A stretch of DNA of 64,000 nucleotides, taken from the NCBI GenBank assembly GCA_021432655.1, contig MU271444.1, positions 1-64,000 on the forward strand, in the 5' to 3' direction. Positions 25,608 to 39,427 of this stretch are shown here, piece after piece. Each line of letters starts with the position of its first letter. The stretch's first letter is position 1. The position numbers were made by a program, and so were the translations under genes. The stretch is from Atractiella rhizophila. Lineage: Eukaryota. The notes beneath the pieces were generated by a model. That model was not told the origin of the DNA and did not search any database. It saw only the letters and a program-made list of their open reading frames with translations.

Positions 25608-27309
25608 ATGGCTACTCGCCCTACAATCCTCTTCACCACCTCTCCGGAGGCTGGTCAGTCCAATTTCTGCGTTTCCCTTATCCGACATTTGCTTCTTCAC
25701 GCCAACAAAGTTGGCGCCTCCGTCTCCATTCATTTAGCAGCCGAATGCCTCGATGGCAAGTTTTCTCGACGCGTTGGCTCTCTCTTCAATGATTCCGAGG
25801 TCACTTTCCATCCTTTAGGAAAGCGAGGACAAGCGGAAGAGACGGCAGAGAATGTGGAGAAGGTCAGACATCCACCTGGATGGAAGGACAAGATACCCTA
25901 CCGCGACATGCTCAAAGTGCTCACTTTCGGCACAGACTTCTACGTCAAAGGAACTAACGAAATGATGCGGTTGATTGATACCTTGAAGCCGGATTTGGTC
26001 ATCAATGATCAGATTTTGATGACTGCTATCGACGCCTGTCAGAACACAGGAACGAAATATGCAATCTTCTCCCCTGTTCCGTTGGGAGAACCGTTCTTGA
26101 TACCTCACCAACCCTACCTTTCCTGGCTATGGAAGTACCCAGGTGTGTTAACTCCCCACAAAATGTTGCCACTGCTCACCAACATGACATCTCTCAAGTC
26201 TATTTCTCCGGTTTACCCTACCCCCTTCCTCTCTCTTGCATCCCAGCAAACCTCTCCTGTTTCTTCTCCATGGTATACACCGCCATCACCTCGCCCGAAA
26301 GCAAACAACTAAGGGAAGCACGAAAAGCAGCTAACCTGAAAGGTCCCATACCGCTCGTCGACGGTTACCCGCACGACGCCGTCCTGTACATCGTCGCTGG
26401 CTTCCCAGAAGCGGACTATCCCCTTCTCTCCCGTCCAAAAAACGCGATCGAAGTCGGACCGCTCGCCGAATTCCATAATAACTCCCCTTCTGCGTCTGAT
26501 TCTCCTTCGACAGTCAGCCCGATTCGAAGTTGGCTCGATGATGCTGCTGCGTGTCAGGATCAAGTCGTGCTCATTTGTTTGGGCACTCATATTCAGTTTA
26601 CGAAGCAATCGGGGAATACGGAGAGGATGGCTGACGCGATCGAAAGGACGGTGTTGAGGAAGGGGACAAGGGTGTTGTGGAAGCTACCGAATGCGAATGA
26701 CTACGAGGACCTTGTTGAAGGGATGAGGGCCCGGCTTGGACACAAAATTCATGTGACGAATTGGATCGACGTTCCAATGCCGATTCTTTACAACCATCCA
26801 GCTGTTGATGTTGTTGTTCATCATGGCGGCGCGAACTCATATTTGGAAGCGTTGAAGTTCGGTATCAAACAGTTTGTCTTCTTCTTCCCTCTTAACAATG
26901 AACTCGCTGACCATTTATTTTTGCATAGGGTCGTGCTTCCTCAATGGTTGGTCCCGCTCATTCAAATAACTTCCTTCGTACTGATTGACCGTGTATAGGT
27001 ATGATACATATAATCAATGCTGTGAGTGCTCCCTGTGAAGTGTTGTCAATTGATTGATGGTTCCTTGCAGCACGCATAGAGTATATTGGGGTGGGATTAT
27101 GGGGCAGCAGGACGTCTGCGCCAGACATCTCCGCTCCTGAGCTGCATGATACTCTTGTTTGCGTTCTGGACGATAAGAAGGGGACATTCAAAGCTTCTGT
27201 TGCTAGGCTGAAAGATGCTTGTGCACAGACAGGGGGAGGAGAACTCGCCGCCAGTAAAGTGCTCGAAGTTGTGCTGGACTCAACAGTAGAGGTCAAGAAA
27301 GAACGCTAA
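25608..27309 (+). CDS. UDP-glycosyltransferase, GT1 family
   Basis: KPDLVIND, VLICLGT, RVLWKL and the PSPG-like box WIDVPMPILYNHPAVDVVVHHGGANSYLEAL; VVLPQW, IEYIGVGLWG. Confidence 0.9.
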
Positions 27310-27501
27310 AGTGGTTCACATATACTGATTGACGGATCAAATAATTGCCTGTTTATTCGTTTCTGGATAGGAGGAAAGATTGACTAATTATTGTGCACAC
27401 TATGTCTGTGAGGAGCGATTGCACCGATTGCAATGAAAGGTATCGACAGTACAGAATCCAGATATTACCCAAACAAGTCCATCCGTCCCGCTCTCAAAAG
27501 T

Positions 27502-29578
27502 TTAGAAGGCTGACCCGGCGAGAACGACTGAGATTGTGGCAAACCAAGCCCAGCCAATGGTCAAAGAAGAGGCAGCACCGAAAACGCTCGCATCCTTAGT
27601 CTGAGATGGCCACACATATGTCGACGTCGTTGTGGATGCAGTCGCCAAAGCGCCACTGACCCCATTCAAACTAGGGTTGGAACCAGAGAAATCGGTAGGA
27701 GTCGTTTGAGCTACAGCAAGGTCGAAATGAGTGTCTTTGACAGCCGCAAAGGCACTGAGAAAGCTGGCTCGGATGGTATCGTCGGCGGAGATTCGATAAT
27801 CACGATTGTCGTAATTAGGTTCTTTTGCAACTTGTCTCTCCGCTAGGTTAATCATTTTGAACTATGCTGGCTGTTAGCTCGTTATTTCGGTTGAAGAAGA
27901 AGAAGAAAGCACTTTTGGGTACGTTGTGTAGAAAGTGGGGTTCAGGATTCCGTCTGTCCACCATGCAGTCTGCAACGACGACTGAGTGGCGGTTCCTGTA
28001 TTTGAGCCTGTGAGGTTTGAGTGCCATGCAGCACCTAGTACCATCGGGATCAGCACTCCATGATTCTTCAATTCTAAACAGTAAACACACCAGTTTCAGA
28101 CAACATGCATGGTTTGTTGGCGCAGTAGTTTTGATAGAAGTTAGTGAAAGTGAGTGGAAGACCATTAGGCGTAATGACACTCGTGCCGGTGACACCTGCG
28201 CGGCAATTTGAGTAAGCTCTAGCGGGGAGAAAGAAGCATGCGTACCTCCCGCAAGTAAACCTGTTGGGGGATCTTCGTTCTTCAGGTACGGTGACTGCTT
28301 CCCGTTATAGTAATAGGAAATGCCGTTCCAGTCAACCTTTGTGTCGGGTTAGTGAGTATCATACAAGTGCATATCAAGCTTACATATTGGTCGCCAGGAT
28401 AATAGTCCTTGAAAGCGTCGTCCTTTGAGTTCAAGATGTTGCTAATACGCCGAACTTAGTCATAGATATCAAGCACGAAGGGAGAACTGCGCACTTGTGG
28501 TCTGTGTCTAGAATCTGCCTCGTGTCCTCACCTGTCGGCACGATGGTCAACAGCAGTCTTTACAATTCGGGTTTACACACTTTGGATGTTGCCTAGAACC
28601 ATGCCCCATCTGCACCAACAGAGCCATCACCACACATTCATGAAGGTAGAACAACAAAACACACGGATATCCCTCGCTTGCGTATGGAGACCAAACGATT
28701 GTAACACCAGGAGCAGCAGCCTTGACGGTGGTATACATCGTTTTCCAGTTGTCGACATAGGTGGTAGGTTGAACTCCGTAGTCATACCAGTTCCCATTCA
28801 TCTCTGGAGCGAAACGAAGGAACACTTGACGGTTGTAGGGAGCAGCCATGTAACGAGCAATCTAACGTAATTTAGATTCAGAGGAGCAGCACTGTAATTT
28901 AGAGCCGTGGAACAAACAAACCTGCTTTCCTAGCGCTTCGTAATCGGATGTGCTCACGAAATCGAAAGTGCCAACTGGGTATACTGTAGAAGCAGTGAGT
29001 TTGTAGCAACTCGCAGTTCACGAGGCAATATTGCTTACCCGTCATAAAGACATAAGCACTGGAGCCCGTAAGCTCAATTAAAGTCTCGTTCTGACATGCA
29101 AATTTATCAGACGAGTGGTAAATGCAATGCAACGAAAAGAGCTAGAACACACGATTTCTCCTCCTATCCCAGTCGCTGCATCGTACTCCACAATGGGCTT
29201 GTACCGGAGAATGAGCATGATGCGGGAGTATAAACTGCTACAAATGGCTCACAATCTGAACCTCAACATTGTCACAAACCACTTCTAGCCATAACGAAGA
29301 AGAGCGAGCTCACCGACTGCGAGAATTGAAAAGCGCTCGCCATGAATCCCATCCGATTGTTGAAATCCACAGGTGTATCTCCTCCCTGTACACTTGTATC
29401 CAGCCAGGCTCCGAGCAGCAGCCTTCCATCCCTGTCATTCCATCCCGAGCCTCTCTTAAGACTCCACTAACACTTGTTCGACAGGTAACTATGTAACTCA
29501 CGCTGGTTCGGGAACCTGAGCTGACACAAAACTGACACATCCGACTAAGAGAACGCTGACCAACTTGGGGCACCACAT
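27502..29578 (-). CDS. Secreted GH26-like glycoside hydrolase with GPI-type hydrophobic tail
   Basis: Signal peptide MWCPKLVSVLLVGCVSFVSA; VFLRFAPEMNGNWY (acid/base E), IVWSP, DYYPGDQYVDW, KPCMLSETG (nucleophile E); S/T-rich linker and hydrophobic C-terminus; many introns. Confidence 0.85.
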
Positions 29579-30861
29579 ATTGAGAGTCACTGACGATAAG
29601 GAGCGTAAAAAGGAAAGTGCTATCCCGAAGGAAACTCGGCCAGCTGTTGTTTACGTTTTAAGTTTGTTGGTAGTTTGAGTGAGCAAACTAAGAGACTAAC
29701 CTCAACCACTGCAACTCCAGACAGGGAATTCTTTCAAGACACATTGAGTATGAATATTTTACCAGATCCTACGTTGCTCCTGCTTACTCCTTCGCTTTCG
29801 CAGTGTCCTTTCCGACCTATTTCACCAATCCCCGAACGCCATGAAGAGAAAGTCGCGCGACATGAAGCAGGGTACGCTCAAGTTATCCAGTTTGCGACGC
29901 AATCGCACTGCAGCACTGCAGCACAGGAAAACGCTCTTACTACTTGAGCTTTGGATCTCCAACTACAGATACGCTTTCCGCAAGTATGGCAAATGTAAAT
30001 CCTGCGCCGTGATACAGCCTTCTTCCCTGAGCGTGCCTCAGCCTTAAAGCGACCTCTACAGCTGTCAATAGGGCAACAACATGAAATTCAGCGTAAAACG
30101 GCCAGACGCTGCTCGGCCATCTCATAACGGCGGTCGACAACTACCTATATCGCAATATGTCTTATTCTTGCTTCAGCTCTGCAAAAGTAAATTCCTCCCT
30201 TGCTTCCGTTTATCATGAGTCTATACTCTGAGCTGAGCTGTCTACCGCTCGACCAACAATAGAAACCCAACCATCGACATTACAACATTGACGCTTATGG
30301 TGTGGTCGTCAACATTAGATACAAAGTGCCTTCCATTTGATGGGCCAACTTCGTAGTTGCTGTATTGAGCGTTCTCCAATAAATTAAATATTTCGAATCC
30401 ATGACCATGAACTAGATTCGGCTTGAGCCACGCTCATCTTTGCTGATAGATCATCTGCAAACGAGAGGCTCCGTCATTGAAGCCCTCTAGCCTCTATTAC
30501 AACATCTTTTTGTTTTGCCTGTAGAGCGGAGCGCAGAATTTCAGCCAGTTAACGCTCACTTCTGTCCAAGCTAAGGGTTCATGCCATGGCACACCGTCCA
30601 TGACCAATGCGCAAGGAGTTGCATCCGCATACGACCGAAGTGCAAAGCTAGTCGTCGTAGGCTCGCTGCACCTAAGTAAACCAGCTATTGACATTGAATT
30701 ATCGCCAAAACGGGCACATAAACAGCCTCGCTCAGGTCGAGGCCTCAGGTGGCGAGACAAGGAACACAAAACGTCTACAAATCCAAATTTCGCGCCACTC
30801 GCCAGCTCCGTCAGACGACTGCAGATCCACGGATGTACAGACATTAAGTTCTCTCAAACGT

Positions 30862-31711
30862 CTAATGCTGCAGAACTACCCCTTTGCCTGGCTGCCACTC
30901 GCGACAGACGTCTTCCACATTCCTAAGATATCTCAGTCGGATGAGCAGCTCTTTCCCTCTGTCTAAATCCCGAGGCTGTCCATCAAGTGCCTCTTTGAGG
31001 TCTTCAATAGTTTGATCCATATCCACTACACCCACGGAACCTTTAGCCATGCACGGTTCTGAAGCCAGGTGGAGCGAGGACGAACCTCGATTCTCTGCCC
31101 GAATCTCCTCTACCTCTTCTTCAGCTGTTGCAGCCTCTAATTTCTCTCTCGTTTCAAGGATAGAGATGAGGAGGTCAGGGTCTTCCAGTTGGTCCGACTC
31201 CCCAATCTCCACTCCCTCGCGTGCCAGCTGCACACGACACTCAACGGCTGGCTCTCCGCATACGAAACAGGAACGGGCGCACCATCCACTCAGCTCGCTT
31301 GAAATCATCCTCTAATGTTCTCAATCCCTCATTTACCCTCGCGCTCCACTCCCTAGCCCAGACCTCTTTCCCCAAGGCTCGATCAGGGTGGACAACTCCC
31401 TGCAGCCGCCTATACTCCTTCTTGAGTGACTCTAATGCTTCACGGCTGAGGTAATAAGTCTTTGGTATTGAGAAAAGCGTCCGATAGTCGAGTTCGGAAG
31501 ACGAAGGAGGGGCAAGAGGCTTGCTACAGGAGGGACAGAGCGGAGCTGGGGCAGTGAGCGTTGTATGGCATTCTGGACAGCTAGAAGTGGCTCGCCAAGC
31601 TGAAGTCGTAGTAAAAGGAAAACCTCGTAAGCTGTTCAAAGGGGACGATGTAGCAGGACGAGGTAGCGTTGTTACACGGCGAAGAATGGGAAATGGAAGT
31701 GTTGGTCGCAT
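30862..31711 (-). CDS. JAC1: Mitochondrial Fe-S cluster J-domain co-chaperone HscB/Jac1
   Basis: Arg-rich presequence, CxxC-x10-CxxC, HPD motif, SARVNEGLRTL..RAEW, DPDLLISILETRE and LIRLRYLRNV...EWQPGK. Confidence 0.92.
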
Positions 31712-32021
31712 TTTTTTGGTACGCTCCCTTACGTAATTTCATCTCTGTCAGCCCACACAATACCTACTGCAAAACACACTTGCGTTCATCAAGGCACGCC
31801 AATGGTAAAAAACCGTTACATTAATTGGCACAAACATGCCACCATTTATATCTGAAGGCGTAGGCAAAAAGCCGACATTGTAGCAGAGGGGTGTATCCTC
31901 AAATTCGTCCCAAGAAGTCGTTTAAAATATCGTTAAAAGAAGCATTGCAGTGGCGCTACCCTGCCTGCAAGCAAGGTCAGTATTCAGATTGTACGGTAAG
32001 ACGAATATAGGGAGGACATAC

Positions 32022-33241
32022 TTAAACACTCAAGCAAACCATTCCAGCTAAACCAAGGATCATTCCAACCTCCAAGCCAAACCACTTTCTCCCCAGATGT
32101 TGACCCACGAGCATTCCGGCCAGAGGTATCCCTTGCATCTCCATTCCGTTGATGTTGATGGACGAACGGACTTTGGAAGAGTGGGCAGAGTTAGAAATTG
32201 GGAGATTGGCTGCTATTGTATAGTTAACACAATCCTACGACCACATGTCAGCCATGAAACCTAAGAGGGAGTCACAAACCTGGAATGTAAGGTTCCTATC
32301 GGTAGAGGGATACAGGAAGGGTGCCGTAACATTGTTGGCAGCGCTATCATTAAGCGGAGGAGAGGGAGAGGTGTAACCCTCGAAAAAATTGCCCAGCACA
32401 AAACTGGACTCGCGGTAGTATTGTAAATCATATTGAGGTGCTGGAGACGGCAGAAGCGTCTGGTTCGTCGTCGTCGTCTCGTTACCGACGATAACAGCAC
32501 TGCAGTTCCAGACGAGCGACTCAGCGATGAAGGCCACGCTCGAGTTGTCGCCATAAACGATATATTGTGGAGGTGAGGTCGCGGTCAGCGACGGAGGATT
32601 GAAGGAAGAGGCAATTTGAGGTCCACCTGGACGCGAAGAATTATCTTTTGGGCCATATTCATCATCACCTAAAGATATCACAATCAGCAAACTATGGCAC
32701 CGTAAAACTCTCATTAGATGTACGAACCATAGTATCGGGGTCCGATGTAAAGAGGCCAAAAGCCAAAACCAAAGTTCCGTCCAGCCACGTTTGATAATGC
32801 CAAAACACCGAGGTAGCCAGCACCAAAAGCAGCGGTCCCATATATCTTCAGTTTTATGTTACGATCATAACAAAGAGAAGAGGAAATTTTGACGAACCGC
32901 TCCACGAGTTGCGCCACCATACGTTCTGCCTGCAAAGGGCGAGCCAGCAGGAATAACAATAGGTCTCCCGCCTCCACGATTGGCTGATGAAGCCGTCGAT
33001 CCGCCTGGAGATGATTTTCTTGTCAGCATCGTTGGGAGGATAGAAAGGATGAAGAAAAGGGAGATAAGAGATAAAGAGGGGAATAAGACGACATACGCCC
33101 AAATGTTCCCGCAACAGTAACGGAGGTAGGATTGTTAGCTCCTCCCCTAGGTCCACCAGTGCTACCACCACCACCTCCTCCTCTGCTTTTACGCTTCTCA
33201 AATGTGAGTAAAAGGGTCTCATTAGTCGCGCTCGGAGCCAT
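32022..33241 (-). CDS. Conserved fungal Gly-rich membrane/secreted glycoprotein, unknown function
   Basis: KRKSRGGGGGG, FGFGFWPLY, DEYGPKDNSSRPGGP, LQYYRESSFVL, CVNYTIAANLPI, many NxS/T sites and a hydrophobic C-terminus. Start uncertain. Confidence 0.7.
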
Positions 33242-33812
33242 TTTGCAGTTATCGTTAGACTCCCAGAACGCAAGATGTGAAGCGAGGGATCGCAAGCCAA
33301 GGTCGCAAGTCGAAGGAATCCTTTAAAGCCAACGGATTTTCCGTGATAACTTTTTGTGGGTTCAAGCTGCAATGCAATGTCAGGTTGTAAGATGTGCTAC
33401 ATGTTCACGGTCATTGACGCAAATACGAACCTCACAATTCACAACCTTACACTTTCACCAGCCCAGTCGTGTCCAAGTCGTACGTGTCGTTGGAGCGGAC
33501 CGTTCTAACTTATTGGAGAAAGTCTACTAGTAGTCCGCCTTGGTTGAAGCTATTTAAGGCTCTCTTTCCACTTTCGGACGTTTTGTCCTTCGGCAAGTTA
33601 TGGTCCAATTTTCACAACTCTTGTCTGCCCAGAGTCACTCAATGCTTTATAGGTAGCACGCATTTCGACTCCAAAATTATCAGATGTTCATGCTGAAGAC
33701 GGAGGATACAATCCCTTGTCATAGAACTTGATATTGGTCAATACAACAACAATGTCTATCCATATCGTCACCTCGCGGCTACCATAGACGAAACAGATTT
33801 GAAACTGCCGTT

Positions 33813-35297
33813 CTATTCCTCCAACATATCATCAGTTACTCGTTGGCCACCACCAAGCCTTCGTGCAAGCTTCTCTGCCCATTCGCCCATCTCCAACCTG
33901 TCATATATTCGATCAATGCCGAGGAGAGAGTGTGTGACGGACCAAGTAAACCATCCACCAAAGATTACTTGCTCCAATTTGACAGCGAGTTCAACCGTGG
34001 GATTTCTCCATAGCCAGGCTCCAAAACGTGGATCGTATCTCGCCAGTTGAGCTTGAAAGTACACAGAAAGCCATGTATCCTTGATATCTGAAAGCATAGA
34101 AGGAAGCATCTGTTTCTCCACAGGGCTCATTGCTTCGACTGGAGATGATAACGATACCGTATCTTCCGTCCAATGCCGCCATCGTCCTCCAGCTGGTCGA
34201 AGATCCGAGGGGTATCGAGCTGCTAGGTGTAACGGAACTATCGCAGACCCATCAAAATCCAGAAGAGAAGTCACTTCCAGAGTTTCGGGAGAAATCAATA
34301 CGTTATAAAAGGTAAAGTCCTCGTGACGGAGAGTGAGCTGAGAAGCGTCGGAGGGAAGTGACAGCAGTTGCTTCGCAGTGGAAGTCAGCAACGAAGAAAG
34401 GTTTAGGTAAGAGTTCATAAAATCGCTAATCGTGTAAGGACGTGCGCCAGAAGTATGAATAGTTGGATCCGGAGATTCTGCCCATCTTGTACGGCAGAGA
34501 TGGAACTCGCTATTTGACCAGATAAATCAGACCTTCCCTCGATGGTGATGGCCATACCTGTTAAGATGAGAGCTCCATGAATCTTCCAATAGAGAGAAAG
34601 CTTCAGTTACAGGAGGCGGTACCGTTGTATAAAAGTCATCGAGGTCTCTCTTTGAAAGTTTAGGCACCAGTGGGCCAATTTCGAACTCAGCGAACTGATT
34701 GAGCCCTTCTTTTCGAAGTCGCTTAAAATCAAACTGTTCTTCGATCCTCTTCATGTCCTTTAGAACGATACTGCCAATCTTCGTGTAGAAGTCTGGTAAA
34801 TGGGCCGTGAGCGCCCCATAGAGCTTGGCCAAATTTCCCAGAACTTTCATCTTTTCTGTTTCGTTTAATCCTCGCCGATCTTTTCCTTCCCATTCCCACC
34901 AAACGCTCCCGACTGTCATTCCGTCTGCCTTTTCCATGATCAGGTATGGGGCCTTCAGCGGGTTCGAGTCGTCGTCTCCCAAGCCCCAACCGTAAATGCG
35001 TGGCACTGGGAGGTTGAGCTTTTCTCGGACAAATATCATTGTCGAAATTTCTGATTGCAATCGGAGGCTCGTCACAGTTGGGACATATTCTGAAGGTATT
35101 GGGATCCGAACAATTACCCCTGATGGCGCATTCGGATAGCCCTCCAGGAGATATAAGATGTTGAATCCGCCAGACGCGAAACCTTTGATGACTACTTGGG
35201 ACAAATCGAAAGATGCAGGAGCAGATAAGGCTCGAGCGACTAGTGATGGCAAAACCGTTTGTGCATGATCATTGAGAGTCTCGAGATCTTCCCACAT
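33813..35297 (-). CDS. Aminoglycoside phosphotransferase (APH)/choline-kinase-like protein
   Basis: GGFNILY, VIVRIP, LQSEISTM, LPVPRIYGW, YLIMEKADG, LRHEDFTFYNVLI and LLDFD. One 48-nt in-frame intron (about 34511-34558) removes the stop. Confidence 0.88.
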
Positions 35298-36066
35298 GCT
35301 CTACAGGCGTGAAAAGGGTATCCCCGTTTCTGGACAGTGAAAATTCGACGAAGCTGTGTGCAGGTAAACGACGACTTGAGAAATTGCGGCGCAATAATCA
35401 CGACAAATCCGAACGATCCAATGTGTGTATAAGGCTTTATGCCTGCGAACCCAATGATCAGGAGGGTATAGGAACAGTTTACACGTTGTTTGAGGTGACG
35501 GACAATCCGCCTCAAGGTACAAATGCGACTGAGCCCGCCCAGGAGTTATGAGCTCGTGACAGTTAAGCTTCAAGTTGAGACGCAAAGTTCGAAGTTCGAG
35601 AATCAAGGCAGGCAATGAACAATCAATATTTCACACGTTCTATTAGTGAGATGTATCTACTAGAGAAATAATGCTGCCATGACGTTGTCAGGGGGGAAGG
35701 AACTAACTGTGCAACATTTCGCAAGACACCAACGTCTAGAAAAAAACGACAGCTGAGAAACACATTTAAGTTGATTAATGGGATCCACACCACTGAATAA
35801 CTCGAATGACCTGGATAAACAACCAAATTTGCTCCGATGCCCCGATGCAACCTTTTGATGATGTTACAACCATGTGCACCTCTGCCATAAAGGTTCACGC
35901 AATAATAGGTGGTTATTCAAGGTGTGAGATTGGTGAAAAGGTGACTTGAGGCATGAACGAACTGAAAGCGATCAACAGGAAAGCGCTATGTTACAATTTT
36001 CTGCTCGGCAGGTTAGTACCATCCTGAAGTACTCATGGACAGACCTACAGTGTTCATGAAACAAAA

Positions 36067-39000
36067 TTATTTCTCTTCTTGATTATCCGTGCTCCAAATT
36101 GACTTCCCGAAAATCAACTTTCGAGCTAAAGAAGCATCGCCACCAGCGAAGCTTGCTCTGCGTCCCTCTGACTCCAGATCCAAGCGGGGATTCCAAGGAT
36201 CAAAAGATCCCTTTTTGGAGTGCCCAAGCGAACCTTCTTTCCCACTTGTCTGCTTGCGTAAAGTTTCAACATTCATTGAGGAACTTCGAACATTTTTTAA
36301 CGCATTCAAGGCAGCCCAGTCGACTGTTTCTGGATCCATGGATCCACGACGGCTGCTGAATGGATCAGGGTCGATGGAGAGACTGTCAGAGTGTACATGA
36401 GAGGATGTGGACGCCTTAGGGCGGGATTCGCCGTTGAGATCGAGGCTACCTATTCGACTAACTACTTCGTCTGAAAGAGTCGTTGACTGTCCAGGACGAG
36501 CATCCATGTCTCGATTTGTAGAAGGAAAACTGCCCGAATGTGAAGAAGTTTGTTGCAGCCCGTGCGAAGACAGCTGTTGGGATCTACCTTCGCTCCCTTG
36601 GCTGCTGGAGCTTCTCGCCGACAACCCGAACGCGTTAGCTCCACTTGAGCTCGAATGTGTACGTTGCATTGCTAGGTTGTCTCCTGGTAACGTGAGCCTG
36701 TCGGTAGATGCCAAAACAACTGCCTCATCACTTTCTTCAGTGTCTACCTCCTTCTGCTCTTGCGGATGATTGGGTTCACTAAATGGTTGGAAGTATGGAG
36801 GGAACATGGGATTGTGATTTGGTGGGATGTGGACGGGAGCACCAGGGGCTGCGTTGATATGCGGATTAGGCCCAAAAAGAGGAGGACTATGCACGACGGG
36901 AGAGTAGGGTCCAAGGCCAGGCGAGAGGAAGTGAGGGAGGAGAGGTGGAGTTTGAGGGTATGGATGAAACTGGAAGCTGGGCATCGACGGCGTCATAAGC
37001 GGAGCATGGCCTTGTTGTGGGGAGAATGGATCGGAAAAGTGAAAAGGATTAGCTGGCATTTTGATCGTCCCTGGAGCAGTCGATCGTGACGAGTTAACAC
37101 GGGTAGGTTTTGCTGGCGACGGTCTCCCTTCTGAGCCCACCTCACCTATTTGCTCAGAAGACGCGGCACCGTCCGCCTGTTGTGTTCCAATTTGGTCCAT
37201 CGATTGCTGTTGGGCGTTGAGATCTACAGGAGGCATGACTATATTATCGAAGGGATTGGCCTGCAGGTTCATAGGTGACATGGGGCCGAACGGCGTATGC
37301 ATCGCGACTTGGCTTGGGATAAGCATTGGCTGGTTTTGATGTATCGGAGAGTGGACAGGCGAGTGGAGGGGGAACACCATTGGAGAATGGTACGGCGAGT
37401 GTTGCATAAGTTGTGGGGGTTGCGAATACTTGTCAAAGTGCACCTTCAGTTGTCGACCGTTCCATTCATACCCGTTATACATCTTCACCGCATTCTGAGC
37501 ATCCTCTGGCGTCCCAAACAGCACAGTCCCAAATCCACGACTCCTTCCGTCCGGTCCAAGCGTCACGTCTGCTCTGAGGATGTTCCCTGCGTTGCGGAAG
37601 AGGTCCTTTAGATCTTGCCACTGGACGTTGAAAGGCAGGTTACCGACGAAGAGGTGTCGATTCGCGTAATGAGGCGGCATAACACCATTTGAACCATAGA
37701 AGGATGCTGCGTAGGGGCTATATGGATTCTGATTGTTTGGTCCAAAGAGACTTGCTGAGTTTGGAGCACTCGGCATGCTTCCATTAGAACCTGCAAACGA
37801 GTTGGAATGTTGAAGGATATGAGGAGGCAAAGATCCAAGCGAAGGAGGAACCGGCCTGCGGGAGCCAGCGTTTGCATTGTCGATTGGAGCACTTGCTAAA
37901 GCCGAGTTAGAATCCTGACCTTGCGAACTCGTGGGGCGAGATTGAGGAGAGAGTGTGAGACTGGCGGGATGAGGTGGATGAGGAAGGCCAACCCCCTGAA
38001 ATGAAGGAGGTGGATATGCCATTGGTAACGACGAATGCATCTGCATGCTTGGGAAAGGTATTCCAGTGTGCCACATTGCAGGAGAAGGGACAGCGGATGC
38101 CGCCGCTGATGCTGCAGCTTGTTGAGCTGCTTGACGATTTGCGTTTTCAATTGTCTGTGCTCCGGTTGGATCTTGTTGATCTATGCGGACATCGAGCACT
38201 CTTCCTTGCCACGTGAACCCGTTGTAAGTTTCTAACGAGCAACTTTTACTTCTAACTTCGTGGTAGAGAAAGGACAAACCAATGGCTTTCATGGCATCTT
38301 CGTAGTTTGCAAATAAAACGGTGCCATATCCTTTGCTGCGATTATCTGGAGTTAAGGCGACGTCAGCTCTGAGGACCGTTCCTACTTTGCGGAACAGGTC
38401 TTTGCTATCTTGCCATCGACATCGGAATGGAAGCTATTCTTCATGTCAGCTTTACGCGCAATGACAAACACGCAGCGTACATTTCCCACAAAGAGTTGGG
38501 TCCTGGTGTCCACTGTATTTGGTTTCTTCATCGTATCAAAGTCTGTAGAATCACCTCGATGACTCCCACTCCTGGCAGAGTCCGCCCTCGACGAGGGTCT
38601 GCGGTCGAGAATTGACAGTGCCGGATGTCCTCTCCCGCCTTGAAGGTGGCTTGGCAATCCGTTCCCAGACCCTGTGCGGGGTAAAGGCGGAGCGGAGGCG
38701 ACGGAATCGGAATGAGAATGATTGAGGACAGGGTTGTGAAAAGAGAAAGAGGTGTGGTGGGAAGAGGCAGAACGAGCAAGTGGACTTGATGTGGTTTGCA
38801 TATTCGGCGGGAAAGCGGCGGTGGTGCATGACTGAGGCCTTGAAGGCATCGAGTACGATTGAGAATGTGTATGAAGAGGGTTAGGGCGGAATGGCGGTGC
38901 TTGGGAGCCTGAACGCGACGACGGATTGGAATTTGTGACTCCAGGCGCCCTCTTCCCCCAACCCATTGATAAGGGAGAAGGAAGGGGTAAGCCAGAACCT

Positions 39001-39427
39001 CCTACCGATCTGATATCGTCGCCGTCTACGACTTCGACGTCAAACCGTGACCCCAATGCTGCGCCAAAACCACCATCTGGGAGGTCCGAAAAACTGTTCC
39101 AATTTGGAGCCGCAGTTGGTGATGGCTCTACCAAAGACCTAGACGTGGAAGTTGAAGCGAATGGATCGGACATTTGGGGTAACTGTGGACGGAGTCCCAG
39201 GTCAGAAAACACTACACTCCAAAACTTGACTCGAGACGGGAGAATGCTGGGAGAAAAGCTGTGCTCTGTGCTCTGAATCCCTTAAATTTTGACCACCCAT
39301 GATCATGAAGCATATGACCGGAGGAAAATATTGCCAATCCCCTCGTAAAAACACACAACTCGAGAACCCCAAACCTCATCTGTCCCCGGAACCCACAGAA
39401 CGCAATACAACACTCACCTCTTTGCAT
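36067..39427 (-). CDS. Two-RRM RNA-binding protein (Gbp2/hnRNP-M-type RRMs) with extensive Q/S/P low-complexity regions
   Basis: Two RRMs: [31 protein letters not shown] and [30 protein letters not shown]. Short first exon ATG CAA AGA G splices in frame. Confidence 0.85.

Noticed and set aside
29600..30860. Possible small gene(s) between GH26 and JAC1
   Set aside because: Only short ORFs and isolated splice-like signals; no consistent gene model or recognisable motif.
34500..34560. In-frame TGA splitting the APH-like kinase (pseudogene or readthrough)
   Set aside because: The stop lies within a canonical 48-nt GTATGG...TAG intron.
25608..35297. UGT, GH26 and APH-like kinase as a secondary-metabolite cluster
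   Set aside because: No PKS, NRPS or terpene synthase is present, and the genes are interspersed with housekeeping JAC1.
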